Shown: piece after piece, positions 8,901 to 16,788 of the stretch | Layout: every line of letters begins with the position of its first letter | Position numbering within the stretch: position 1 is the first letter of the stretch | DNA from: Candidatus Scalindua sp. | GTDB taxonomy: Bacteria; Planctomycetota; Brocadiia; Brocadiales; Scalinduaceae | NCBI GenBank assembly: GCA_031316235.1 | Contig: JALDRA010000001.1 | Span: forward strand, 3,780,001-3,812,000 | DNA: 32,000 nt | Direction of reading: 5' to 3' | The notes under the pieces: model-generated | What the model was told of the DNA's origin: nothing | The model's input: the letters and a program-made list of their open reading frames with translations, nothing else | Databases searched by the model: none | Made by a program: the position numbers and the translations under genes

Positions 8901-8952
8901 GATCGGTACTGGAGCGTGGACCTATGGCGACTATACGTACCAGACGCAGTGA
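5934..8952 (+). pseudogene. secreted alkaline phosphatase (PhoA family) fused to cadherin-like domains and repeated modules; reading frame broken at least 4-5 times
   Basis: Five consecutive track ORFs (5934, 6386, 6684, 7343, 8110) form one protein. Elements seen: signal-like N-terminus; MIADGNG (DGxG); TDSAAAASALYSGTKT (active-site Ser motif); VSHATPGAW; MIEGGAVDWAAHA; VTSDHETG; GDHSNSLVPLFVRGVGAG, readable only across the frameshift near 7321. The frame order is 0>2>0>2>1. An AAGGAG RBS precedes ATG 5934. Confidence 0.7.
7493..8949 (+). repeat. coding repeat architecture [cadherin-like ~91 aa][module ~98 aa][cadherin-like][module][module]
   Basis: Cadherin-like/bacterial-Ig units (..NV.AND.D.DGTI.PATV.V...P.NGTAV....GTVDYT...G..GQD.FTYTV.D..G..SN..TVT.TVNP) lie at about 7493..7765 and 8074..8352. 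Modules (TSP.PGSTLT.STV.FQW..G.GVS.YWLG.GTSF.SV.TPP.GDIY.AS....QQVTGIP.NG..VYVRLW.KIG...W.Y.DYTYQTQ) lie at 7766..8059, 8353..8646 and 8647..8949. Modules 1 and 3 are also near-identical at DNA level. Confidence 0.8.
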
Positions 8953-9177
8953 CGGATTTACATGCTAAGGGATGCCCGTCCGTCCTGCCAGCCATTCGGG
9001 CAGGCGAGATCAACAAGTTATTCTTTCCTGGGCCCTAAGTGCGTAGTGCGATAAGTCAGAACAGAAGGAGAAGTACAAACACACCAGGGTAAAAGTTGAT
9101 TATATGATCAAAAGTACAGATTATGCCTGATGTGCCACGATAAATATAAATATGCGATATAAGCGAGTTTTTATACT

Positions 9178-10113
9178 ATGATTAACTACTTTCATCCTCT
9201 CATTACAATTGCGATACCAACTTATAACAGGGCTGATGGTTACCTAAGGCAGGCTATTACATGTGCAGTAAAACAAACATATCCAAATATTGAGATAATA
9301 ATTGCTGATAACTGCTCTACAGATAATACGGAGACAGTAGTAAAAAATTTTAATGATTCACGTATTCGATATTTCAGACATGAGACAAATATCGGTCCAA
9401 TTAAGAATACTAATTTTTGTCTTGATGTTGCAAGTGGCAATTATTTCTTACTTCTGCATGATGATGACTCGATTGATGATGATTTTGTAGAAAGTTGTAT
9501 GAAGGCGGCTAACCATTCTACTGATATTGGTCTTATAAGGACTGGAGTACGCAGGATTGACTCACAAGGGAAAATATTGGGAGGAAGGCTTAATATGGCT
9601 GGAGGTCTTTCAACCGAAGAATTTTTTGTGGCATTTCTTTCACGTAAGGTGTCCATGCTTCTGTGTAGTATGCTTTTTAATACAAAAAGACTAAAAGAGG
9701 TAGGAGGTTTTCATTCCATATATCTTCATTGGGATGATGTATATGCCGGCATGCAGATGGCAGCAAGGTTTGGTAGGGTAGACGTGAAAGATATCAAAGC
9801 AAGTTTCAGAAGACATACTTCACAGACAACTTTTAATGTAAACATTAGAGAATGGGTTGAAGATGCTATCTTTTTATTAAATGCCATGTGTGATTTAGTT
9901 CCTCAAAAGAAATCACTGATCAGGAATTTAGGAATGCAATATTTTGCAAGACATAGCTATGAAATAGCAAGCAATATAAGATCACCTTTAAGAAGATTTC
10001 TGGCAAATTTAATAGTTTTTAAAGAATTTAAATACCGACATTTACCTCCCGCCATTCATACAATATTTTCACATACCCCTTTACCGTATATTTTAAAGTC
10101 TATAGGTAGATAA
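9178..10113 (+). CDS. glycosyltransferase family 2
   Basis: ITIAIPTYNRADGYLRQAI...IIIADNCSTDNT plus LLLHDDD (DxD region), the standard GT-A/GT2 N-terminal signature. Confidence 0.85.
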   Translation: MINYFHPLITIAIPTYNRADGYLRQAITCAVKQTYPNIEIIIADNCSTDNTETVVKNFNDSRIRYFRHETNIGPIKNTNFCLDVASGNYFLLLHDDDSIDDDFVESCMKAANHSTDIGLIRTGVRRIDSQGKILGGRLNMAGGLSTEEFFVAFLSRKVSMLLCSMLFNTKRLKEVGGFHSIYLHWDDVYAGMQMAARFGRVDVKDIKASFRRHTSQTTFNVNIREWVEDAIFLLNAMCDLVPQKKSLIRNLGMQYFARHSYEIASNIRSPLRRFLANLIVFKEFKYRHLPPAIHTIFSHTPLPYILKSIGR

Positions 10114-10142
10114 TCATAATGTTTCGAAATCCGAGGTGAATT

Positions 10143-11117
10143 ATGAAAACAGACAGTTTCTCCGGACCACTTTTTCTTATCGGCATTGGAAGAAGCGGTA
10201 CAAAGCTCCTGAGAGATCTTTTAAATCAAAATCCAAGGATTGGTATTCCTATTGCGGAAAGTAATTTTATTCCTATTATGATAAAGAAATATGGAAATCC
10301 ACCCCATTTTGATAATGATACCGAGTTTCAGTCGTTTTATGAAGAATATACTAAAACCAGTTTCTTCTGGTGGATGAAAAAATTCGATTGTGTTATGAGC
10401 AAAGATTTCCTTAACAAAAATGCGGACAAAAACTCCTGGAGGTCCATTTTTGAGGTTATTCTCAGGTATCATGTCCTTCCTGGAAGGGATAAGGACTTTA
10501 TCTGGGGTGATAAAACTCCATCCTATTTATATCACATCGATCTGCTGAATGAGTTATATCCCAGGGCAAGGTTTTTACACATTATACGAGATCCTCGTGA
10601 CTGCTGTATTTCAACGCAGAAGGCGTGGGGAACAAATCTTTTCACTGTTGCAGATGGATGGCGTCGTGGTGTTGAAGTTGCGCGAACGAGTGGAAAGCAG
10701 CTTGGAAATAACTATATGGAGGTTTACTATGAATCATTAATTGACGATCCAGAGAAAACATTGATAAATATCTGTGAATTCCTGGGATGTGAATTTGCCT
10801 CCGTAATGATGCAATTGGGGAGGGATACGGAAAATCTTGGCGAAGCTAAAGGGAAAACCAGGATCGTGCGGCATAACAAAAAAAAATATACTGACCAGCT
10901 ATCAATAACTGAAATCAGGCGGATTGAAGAAATTGTTTATCCTGTTATGGAGTCGACACAGTATGAATTTGAATACGCGGTAAGTTACAGGCCATTAAGC
11001 AATATTAAGTTAAGGATTTACAGCAGGGTTAATAAATGGAATCGCCTAATGTTTGACCTTAAGACAAAAGGATTGGTTGAGGGGATAAAATACCATTTTG
11101 GAACCCTTAAAAACTAA
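10143..11117 (+). CDS. sulfotransferase (PAPS-dependent family), second copy in locus
   Basis: LFLIGIGRSGTKLLRDLL is the 5'-PSB loop (G.xRSGT). HIIRDPRDCCIS is the 3'-PB motif. A GAGGTGA RBS lies 5 nt before the ATG. Confidence 0.85.
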   Translation: MKTDSFSGPLFLIGIGRSGTKLLRDLLNQNPRIGIPIAESNFIPIMIKKYGNPPHFDNDTEFQSFYEEYTKTSFFWWMKKFDCVMSKDFLNKNADKNSWRSIFEVILRYHVLPGRDKDFIWGDKTPSYLYHIDLLNELYPRARFLHIIRDPRDCCISTQKAWGTNLFTVADGWRRGVEVARTSGKQLGNNYMEVYYESLIDDPEKTLINICEFLGCEFASVMMQLGRDTENLGEAKGKTRIVRHNKKKYTDQLSITEIRRIEEIVYPVMESTQYEFEYAVSYRPLSNIKLRIYSRVNKWNRLMFDLKTKGLVEGIKYHFGTLKN

Positions 11118-11229
11118 TATACCAAAACCGATTTGGTTTTCGGTTTTTCTGGAAACCAAATCTTGGTGAAGGTATACTCGCTCCATTTTATCTCGGATTT
11201 TATCCGAAAACCATTATGAGATGAGTATA
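11118..11229 (+). repeat. intergenic structured repeat, copy 2 (112 bp)
   Basis: Starts on the nucleotide after the sulfotransferase stop codon and ends 11 nt before the GT4 start. About 90% identical to 3201..3313. Confidence 0.85.
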
Positions 11230-11240
11230 GTTTAAAAAAA

Positions 11241-12476
11241 ATGAAGATTGCGTATATTTTAAACATATTTCCATGCCTGTACCACACTTTCATCCTTAAT
11301 GACATCCTTCATTTGATTAAAAGTGGACACGAGGTCTCCATCTTTTCTATAGGCAGATCTCACGAAAAAGTAATGAATAAAGGTGTTGTCAGCCTGAAAG
11401 ACAAAACATACTACTTTGATGATTTTCTGGTAGAAAACAGTCGAGGTTTTACTAAGCACCTTGTTGAGTTTGCAAAAAACTATAGAAAATATAACCCCAT
11501 TTATACACTTTTGGGGAAAATTTTATTCAAAAATAGTGCTTATGATGCTGGTGTTGAAAAGTATTCCACAAAATTTGGCTGGGAGATCCACGCATTTATG
11601 AAAATTGCTGACAAGATAAAGAGAGAAAATGTTGATATTATTCACGGTGCTTTTGGTGCAAACGAATCAACAGCTGCAATGATTCTTTCAGATTTAACCG
11701 GGATTCCATTCTCTTTTGAAACTCATGCCAAAGATCTGTTTGTTAATTTTCAATATCCAGGTGAAAAAATAGAAAAGGCAAAAAAAATATTTACCATCTC
11801 AGAGTATAACAAAAATTATTTGATAAATGATTTAAAATGTTCTGCCTCTAAAATTGTCCTTAAAAGAGTACCTTTTAACAAAAGCCATTGTGATCAAATA
11901 CCTGAGAAACAAAGAAAAGATGACCTTATCCTATCGGTATGCCGCTTGAATCCCATAAAGGGACTGAAATACGCAATTGAGGCATTTAATCTGGTTGCTC
12001 AAAAAAGGGATGATATCATGTTCAAAATTATTGGTGATGGCCCCCTTAAAGATGAATTGTTCAAGAAAGTGGAGAAACTACATTTAACCGACAAAATCAG
12101 CTTTCTTGGAAATTTGAGTAATGAAAATGCGATGGATTTAGTAGCACAATCAGCAATTGTACTATTACCCTCAGTTATTGCAGAAAATGGGGATAGGGAT
12201 GGAATACCTACTTCACTCATAGAAGCAATGTATTTAAAAACACCGGTGATTAGTTCCAGAATTTCTGGAATCCCGGAATTGATAGATGACGGAATTAATG
12301 GTTTTTTAACCGAACCGGGGAACGTAAAACAGATAGCAGAAAGAATAGATACACTTTTATCAGACAAATCATTAAGAACTGAAATGGGTGAGCGGGCAAG
12401 AGAGAAGGTAACTAATCAATTTAATATTGAAGAGAATTCAAACAAGTTGATAGATACCTGGAAAGGAATAACATAA
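11241..12476 (+). CDS. glycosyltransferase family 4 (WcaL/AmsK-like)
   Basis: The N-terminus MKIAYILNIFPCLYHTFILND is a WcaL-type (FP..SETFI.N) start. The C-terminal GT-B motif is DGIPTSLIEAMYLKTPVISSRISGIPELIDDGINGFL (E-x7-E). Confidence 0.85.
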   Translation: MKIAYILNIFPCLYHTFILNDILHLIKSGHEVSIFSIGRSHEKVMNKGVVSLKDKTYYFDDFLVENSRGFTKHLVEFAKNYRKYNPIYTLLGKILFKNSAYDAGVEKYSTKFGWEIHAFMKIADKIKRENVDIIHGAFGANESTAAMILSDLTGIPFSFETHAKDLFVNFQYPGEKIEKAKKIFTISEYNKNYLINDLKCSASKIVLKRVPFNKSHCDQIPEKQRKDDLILSVCRLNPIKGLKYAIEAFNLVAQKRDDIMFKIIGDGPLKDELFKKVEKLHLTDKISFLGNLSNENAMDLVAQSAIVLLPSVIAENGDRDGIPTSLIEAMYLKTPVISSRISGIPELIDDGINGFLTEPGNVKQIAERIDTLLSDKSLRTEMGERAREKVTNQFNIEENSNKLIDTWKGIT

Positions 12477-12525
12477 AAAACAGTCTTTTTCCTGGCTCAA
12501 TTATTTAGCATCTTATAAAAAAAGA

Positions 12526-14229
12526 ATGGATAATTTAAAAATAGAAACGATAAGACTTGATTTACTTTCATCAGCGATTAAGGGTAAAGTAAACTTTGTT
12601 TCGAATGGTTTTAAGCGAGTTGAGCAACATATTAATGATTCATGTTCTCAATTAATAGATGTTCATTCTCAACATGGGGTACGCATACACTATCTTCGAA
12701 CCACTACGGAAGATGCCCCAAAGAAAATGAATATATTTCTGGCGGAAAAAATCAACGATGTTATAGAAAGTAATGAATCTGGTATCCTATTAAAGGTAAG
12801 CAACGAAAAAAGTCAATATACAGTCTGGTTACCATCTACCGCTGGCATATTCTCATTTGACAATCATCAGCGCATTGGTACGTCTTCTAAAACACACATT
12901 TCATACTCTGGGGAACCCTATCCTCATATTGAAATCGGTTTTTTACAGAATAGTAAGATCGGGGAGATAGCCGTTGTCTCCTTTATATCTATGGAAGACC
13001 GGAATGGAAAGCTCTTTGACGAGCTAAATTCCTTAACTGATGTTGAACTGCGTCTTTATCTGAAATCAAATTGGTTCTTTGCTAAAGCACCTATAGATGT
13101 CTGGAATTACCTGATTAACGGAAGTCTTTATGATCCTCGATACAATAAATATAATCATCGCTCACATAGAGGTGCTAATAAGCGGCACAAATGCCAGCAA
13201 TGCGCATATTCATGGTGGAATTACTTAAAATATCTACACAGGGAAACCGATAAAAGAATATACGATATCATACAGGATGAAATTGCTTATTCCGTCCTGC
13301 TGGATATGTCGGCCGAAGGGAAGTGGAAGCATGGTTTTTGGTATGACGACATGGAAACACATGCCCGGTTTCAACTTGATGGCATCCATCTGCTTATTTC
13401 TCAGTACGAAAAATCTGATGACCCAATGTGGTTGGAAGCTGCACAAAGAGGGATGACATTTGTTGCGGAGCATCTTATGGAACAACTTGATGACGGCAGT
13501 CTATGGTTTCTGCATGATACTGTTGAACAGAAACATCCACATCGTCTGGAATCAACGATTTTCGGGAAAACGTCGGGTAATTCCTTATGTATTAATACCC
13601 ATGTGCAGGCCCTTACGGTATTGCATCGCCTGCGTTCTGTAATCCCTGAGAAAAAAATCTATGATGAGATGTTCGAAAAGGGTAAAAATGCTTTGTATAG
13701 ATTGTTGAATCTCCAGCCTGGAGACATAATATATAGACCCTTAGTGTCCTTACTGATGAAGTATAAATCAAGGAAACGTCCCGTTTCGATTTTAGGTAGG
13801 CTGTGGAACCGGCTTGAATGGGAAATAATAGGGACTTTATATGATGTTGTACGGCGATATACTCCAAGAATCGCCCAACCAGGTGGCTTTATAGATCGGG
13901 ACTTGACCGCCTCATCTTTTGATGATACGTATCATGTCATAAACATTAAGGATTTTCTGACACTGTACCGGCAAGAACAAATTATCTGGCTTCGTCCTTA
14001 CATCATAAACGGTGTCGAATTTACCCGTAAATTGCTTGAAAAAAAAATAAAGACTGATGATAAGTTGCACCATTACTATATTGAATATATAGACATACTC
14101 TTTCTCTATGATAAGCTTGTCAACCAGGTATCTTCTGATGAAATTGCTTCGGCAGAAGGGAAAATGTACCAACAAACGGGTGGATACTCACTCGATTATT
14201 ATGCATCAGAACTTGTGAGAGGTCATTGA
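12526..14229 (+). CDS. hypothetical protein, 567 aa; C-terminal half possibly alpha/alpha-toroid (epimerase/lyase-like)
   Basis: A long uninterrupted ORF in operon context. I recognise no canonical motif. Residues about 280-380 (FQLDGIHLLISQYEKSDDPMWLEAAQRGMTFVAEHL...GSLWFLHD...CINTHVQALTVLHRL) have the helix-pair periodicity of (alpha/alpha)6 enzymes. Confidence 0.6.
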   Translation: MDNLKIETIRLDLLSSAIKGKVNFVSNGFKRVEQHINDSCSQLIDVHSQHGVRIHYLRTTTEDAPKKMNIFLAEKINDVIESNESGILLKVSNEKSQYTVWLPSTAGIFSFDNHQRIGTSSKTHISYSGEPYPHIEIGFLQNSKIGEIAVVSFISMEDRNGKLFDELNSLTDVELRLYLKSNWFFAKAPIDVWNYLINGSLYDPRYNKYNHRSHRGANKRHKCQQCAYSWWNYLKYLHRETDKRIYDIIQDEIAYSVLLDMSAEGKWKHGFWYDDMETHARFQLDGIHLLISQYEKSDDPMWLEAAQRGMTFVAEHLMEQLDDGSLWFLHDTVEQKHPHRLESTIFGKTSGNSLCINTHVQALTVLHRLRSVIPEKKIYDEMFEKGKNALYRLLNLQPGDIIYRPLVSLLMKYKSRKRPVSILGRLWNRLEWEIIGTLYDVVRRYTPRIAQPGGFIDRDLTASSFDDTYHVINIKDFLTLYRQEQIIWLRPYIINGVEFTRKLLEKKIKTDDKLHHYYIEYIDILFLYDKLVNQVSSDEIASAEGKMYQQTGGYSLDYYASELVRGH

Positions 14230-14293
14230 AGCAAAAGTAGATCACAATTTTATTAAAACGTATTTCTCGATCCTTGGAGGTTGTTGTACCCAC

Positions 14294-15550
14294 ATGAAAA
14301 TTGCCTTTATTGTTGATGCATTCCCATGTTTGTCTGAAACCTTTATATTGAATCAAATAACGGGTCTCATAGACAGGGGGCATGATGTGGATATTTTTGC
14401 TAATGGCCCAAGGAATGACACCATGATACATGCGGATATAGAAAGATATAACCTGCTCAACCGGACATTCTATTTTTCGCACGGAACTTCGTATCAAACA
14501 ATGCCAAAAAATATCTGTGTTCGTATTATAAAAGCTATAATTCTGGTAATCACAAACTTTCATAAAAAACCTATCCCTTTGTTAAAATCACTAAATATTC
14601 TTACGTACGGGAAAGAATCAGCTTCCTTATGTTTACTGTATAAGACTGTTACATTTTTAAATAAAAACACCTATGACATTGTTCATTGTCATTTTGGACA
14701 TAACGGTAATTTAGGTGTTATTTTGAAATACATTGGAGCTATCAAAGGTAAAGTTATTACCACATTCCATGGTGCTGATATTTCATGGTCTCTTAAGAGG
14801 CAAGGGTCTAACATGTATGATTATCTTTTTAAACAAGGAGACCTGTTTTTGCCGATAAGCGAGAGATGGAAGAAAGAGTTGATCCGTTTAGGGTGTAACG
14901 AGAGAAAAATTATTGTACACAGGATGGGTATCGATACGAGTAAATTTGAATATCTTGACCGCAAATTAAATGATGATGGTAAAATACAGCTCCTGACAAT
15001 CGCTCGCCTGGTGGAAAAGAAAGGAGTTCAATATGGTATTCAGGCGGTTGCGAAAGTACTTAAAGAGTATCAAAATATAGAATACACGATAGTTGGAGAT
15101 GGTCATTTAAAAAATGATTTAGAGAATTTGATAGATGAATTAAACATTAATAATAAGATAAAACTTGTCGGCCGTAAGCGTCAGGAAGAAATTATCGAGT
15201 TGATGAAACAGACAGACATCTTTTTAGCGCCAAGTGTGACAGCAGAAGATGGTGACCAGGAAGGGATTCCTGTAGTTTTGATGGAGGCATTATCCCAGGG
15301 GATACCGGTGATCAGTACCCGGCATAGCGGCATACCGGAGCTAGTAGAAGATGGAAAGTCCGGGTTCCTGGTTCCTGAGCGGGATGTGGAGGGGTTATCG
15401 GAGAAGCTTGAGTATCTTATCAAGCATCAAGAAACATGGCCTCAGATGGGTCGAGAAGGAAGTGCCTGTGTGGAAAAATATTTTGACATCAATAAGTTAA
15501 ATAATCAGTTAGTCGAATTATATCAGCAACTATTGTCTGGAGATCTATAG
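14294..15550 (+). CDS. glycosyltransferase family 4 (WcaL-like), paralog of 11241..12476
   Basis: MKIAFIVDAFPCLSETFILNQI N-terminus and EGIPVVLMEALSQGIPVISTRHSGIPELVEDGKSGFLV E-x7-E motif. Confidence 0.85.
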   Translation: MKIAFIVDAFPCLSETFILNQITGLIDRGHDVDIFANGPRNDTMIHADIERYNLLNRTFYFSHGTSYQTMPKNICVRIIKAIILVITNFHKKPIPLLKSLNILTYGKESASLCLLYKTVTFLNKNTYDIVHCHFGHNGNLGVILKYIGAIKGKVITTFHGADISWSLKRQGSNMYDYLFKQGDLFLPISERWKKELIRLGCNERKIIVHRMGIDTSKFEYLDRKLNDDGKIQLLTIARLVEKKGVQYGIQAVAKVLKEYQNIEYTIVGDGHLKNDLENLIDELNINNKIKLVGRKRQEEIIELMKQTDIFLAPSVTAEDGDQEGIPVVLMEALSQGIPVISTRHSGIPELVEDGKSGFLVPERDVEGLSEKLEYLIKHQETWPQMGREGSACVEKYFDINKLNNQLVELYQQLLSGDL

Positions 15551-15574
15551 TAAAACAATAATGTCAGCTTAACT

Positions 15575-16363
15575 TTGAGTGGGGAACCTTTTGAATTGGA
15601 TATACAAAAAGATATTTATGATAAGCAGTATTTAAGCGGATACAGAGAAAGAGTAGATGGCTATGAGTTTGCTCGGTGGAAAGCACTAGAGCATCTTATT
15701 GGAAAGATTCTGAAATTAAGTGATTCAAAAAAAGTATTGGATTATGGTTGCGGCAGTGGTCTGCATGTTGGTTTATGGAAGAAAGCATTTCCACATGCAG
15801 ATTTATGCTTCTGTGACATTAGTTCCGTGGCCCTTGAAAAACTGACAAACAAATACCCTGAATTCAAAGAAAGATGTGCAGAAATGAAAGGAACCAAGGC
15901 ACAATTCGGCAGCGATTTGTTTGACGTTATTCTAAGTATTGAAGTTATGGAACATGTTGAAAATCTCGATAATTATCTGAGTGATGTTCATTCATTACTT
16001 AAACCCGGTGGGTTTTTTATATGGACTACTCCTTGCGCCAATCGTTTTTCAATTGAGTATGTATACAGTGCAATTACAAATCAAATAGAAAAGACAAGAG
16101 ACGGTTACATAAAGTGGAAATGGGAAGATCCAAAACATCTTCGTCGTCTAAAGAGTAGTGAGATAAGATTCAAATTGCAGAATATTGGCTTCGTAAATAC
16201 CGGATTTAGATTCAGATCTCATTTGTTTTCATTTGTCTGCACGAAGCTCTTTAGAGGTCCCTTACGGGAATTAGGAAAAAGAATGATTTTACTTGATTAT
16301 TCTCTGTTTCGGAAACTTCCTAATGGTGCTTCCATGATTGGTTTTACGGAAAAGAGTAAATGA
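15575..16363 (+). CDS. class I SAM-dependent methyltransferase
   Basis: Motif I VLDYGCGSGLH, acidic post-I residue (CFCDIS), and motif II/III region FDVILSIEVMEHV...LKPGGFF. The only available start is TTG 15575 because there is no in-frame ATG nearby, so the start is uncertain. Confidence 0.8.
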   Translation: MSGEPFELDIQKDIYDKQYLSGYRERVDGYEFARWKALEHLIGKILKLSDSKKVLDYGCGSGLHVGLWKKAFPHADLCFCDISSVALEKLTNKYPEFKERCAEMKGTKAQFGSDLFDVILSIEVMEHVENLDNYLSDVHSLLKPGGFFIWTTPCANRFSIEYVYSAITNQIEKTRDGYIKWKWEDPKHLRRLKSSEIRFKLQNIGFVNTGFRFRSHLFSFVCTKLFRGPLRELGKRMILLDYSLFRKLPNGASMIGFTEKSK

Positions 16364-16493
16364 TAAAATTGTCAATAATTTTATGAATATTTATGCGTAA
16401 AGATCTTATTGGTTGTCCAAATACGTTTCAAATAATGGATGAACACCCATTGAATTGACAACCAAACATCCAGTGTATCCTAGGATATAAGAA

Positions 16494-16605
16494 TATACTC
16501 CTTTTATGATTGTTTTCGGATAAAATCTGAGAAAAAATGGAGCGAGTATAGTCCTCGGTGTTTTTTGTCCGGGGACAACTGCAACCTGTCTTTGGTTTTA
16601 GTATA
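16494..16605 (-). repeat. intergenic structured repeat, copy 3 (inverted, degenerate)
   Basis: The reverse complement aligns to copies 1 and 2. The TATACTCGCTCC...ATCCGAAAAC...GAGTATA half is well conserved. The other half carries indels but keeps ACTGCAACC and GGTTTTAGTATA. Confidence 0.7.
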
Positions 16606-16788
16606 ATTGAAGCGGGTATATAAAAGAGTTTATAGCAGTATTAATCCAGGCTTGGATTCAATCTTGATGACGGATTATAAAGACAATCAGACATTTCTAG
16701 AGCAAAAAATTATATAGCCATCTAACATGGAAAAGGTAAATTCAGTCAATTGTTAAAAAAAGTTAACATTTGCTGTATCTCCAAAAAG

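Noticed and set aside
7493-8949. A periodic ~290-nt repetition that could be mistaken for a satellite or CRISPR-like array
   Set aside because: The units are too long, are not separated by unique spacers, and translate in frame into protein domains. It is a coding tandem duplication.
8984-9004. Hairpin CCTGCC-N9-GGCAGG just after the phosphatase stop, considered as an intrinsic terminator
   Set aside because: The stem is only 6 bp, the loop is 9 nt, and no following T-tract is present. This is insufficient support.
16409-16465. Perfect 9-bp inverted repeat TTGGTTGTC...GACAACCAA with a nested AATGG/CCATT hairpin downstream of the methyltransferase, considered as the terminator separating two operons
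   Set aside because: The loop is long (39 nt) and there is no U-tract. It could be a protein-binding palindrome or an RNA structure, but I cannot support a terminator call. It may be worth including in any leader analysis.
16455-16491. Sigma-70-like promoter hexamers in the long leader (TTGACA at 16455..16460) and in other gaps
   Set aside because: No acceptable -10 hexamer lies at 16-18 nt spacing. AT-rich intergenic DNA yields many near-matches, and the organism and its sigma-factor consensus are unknown.
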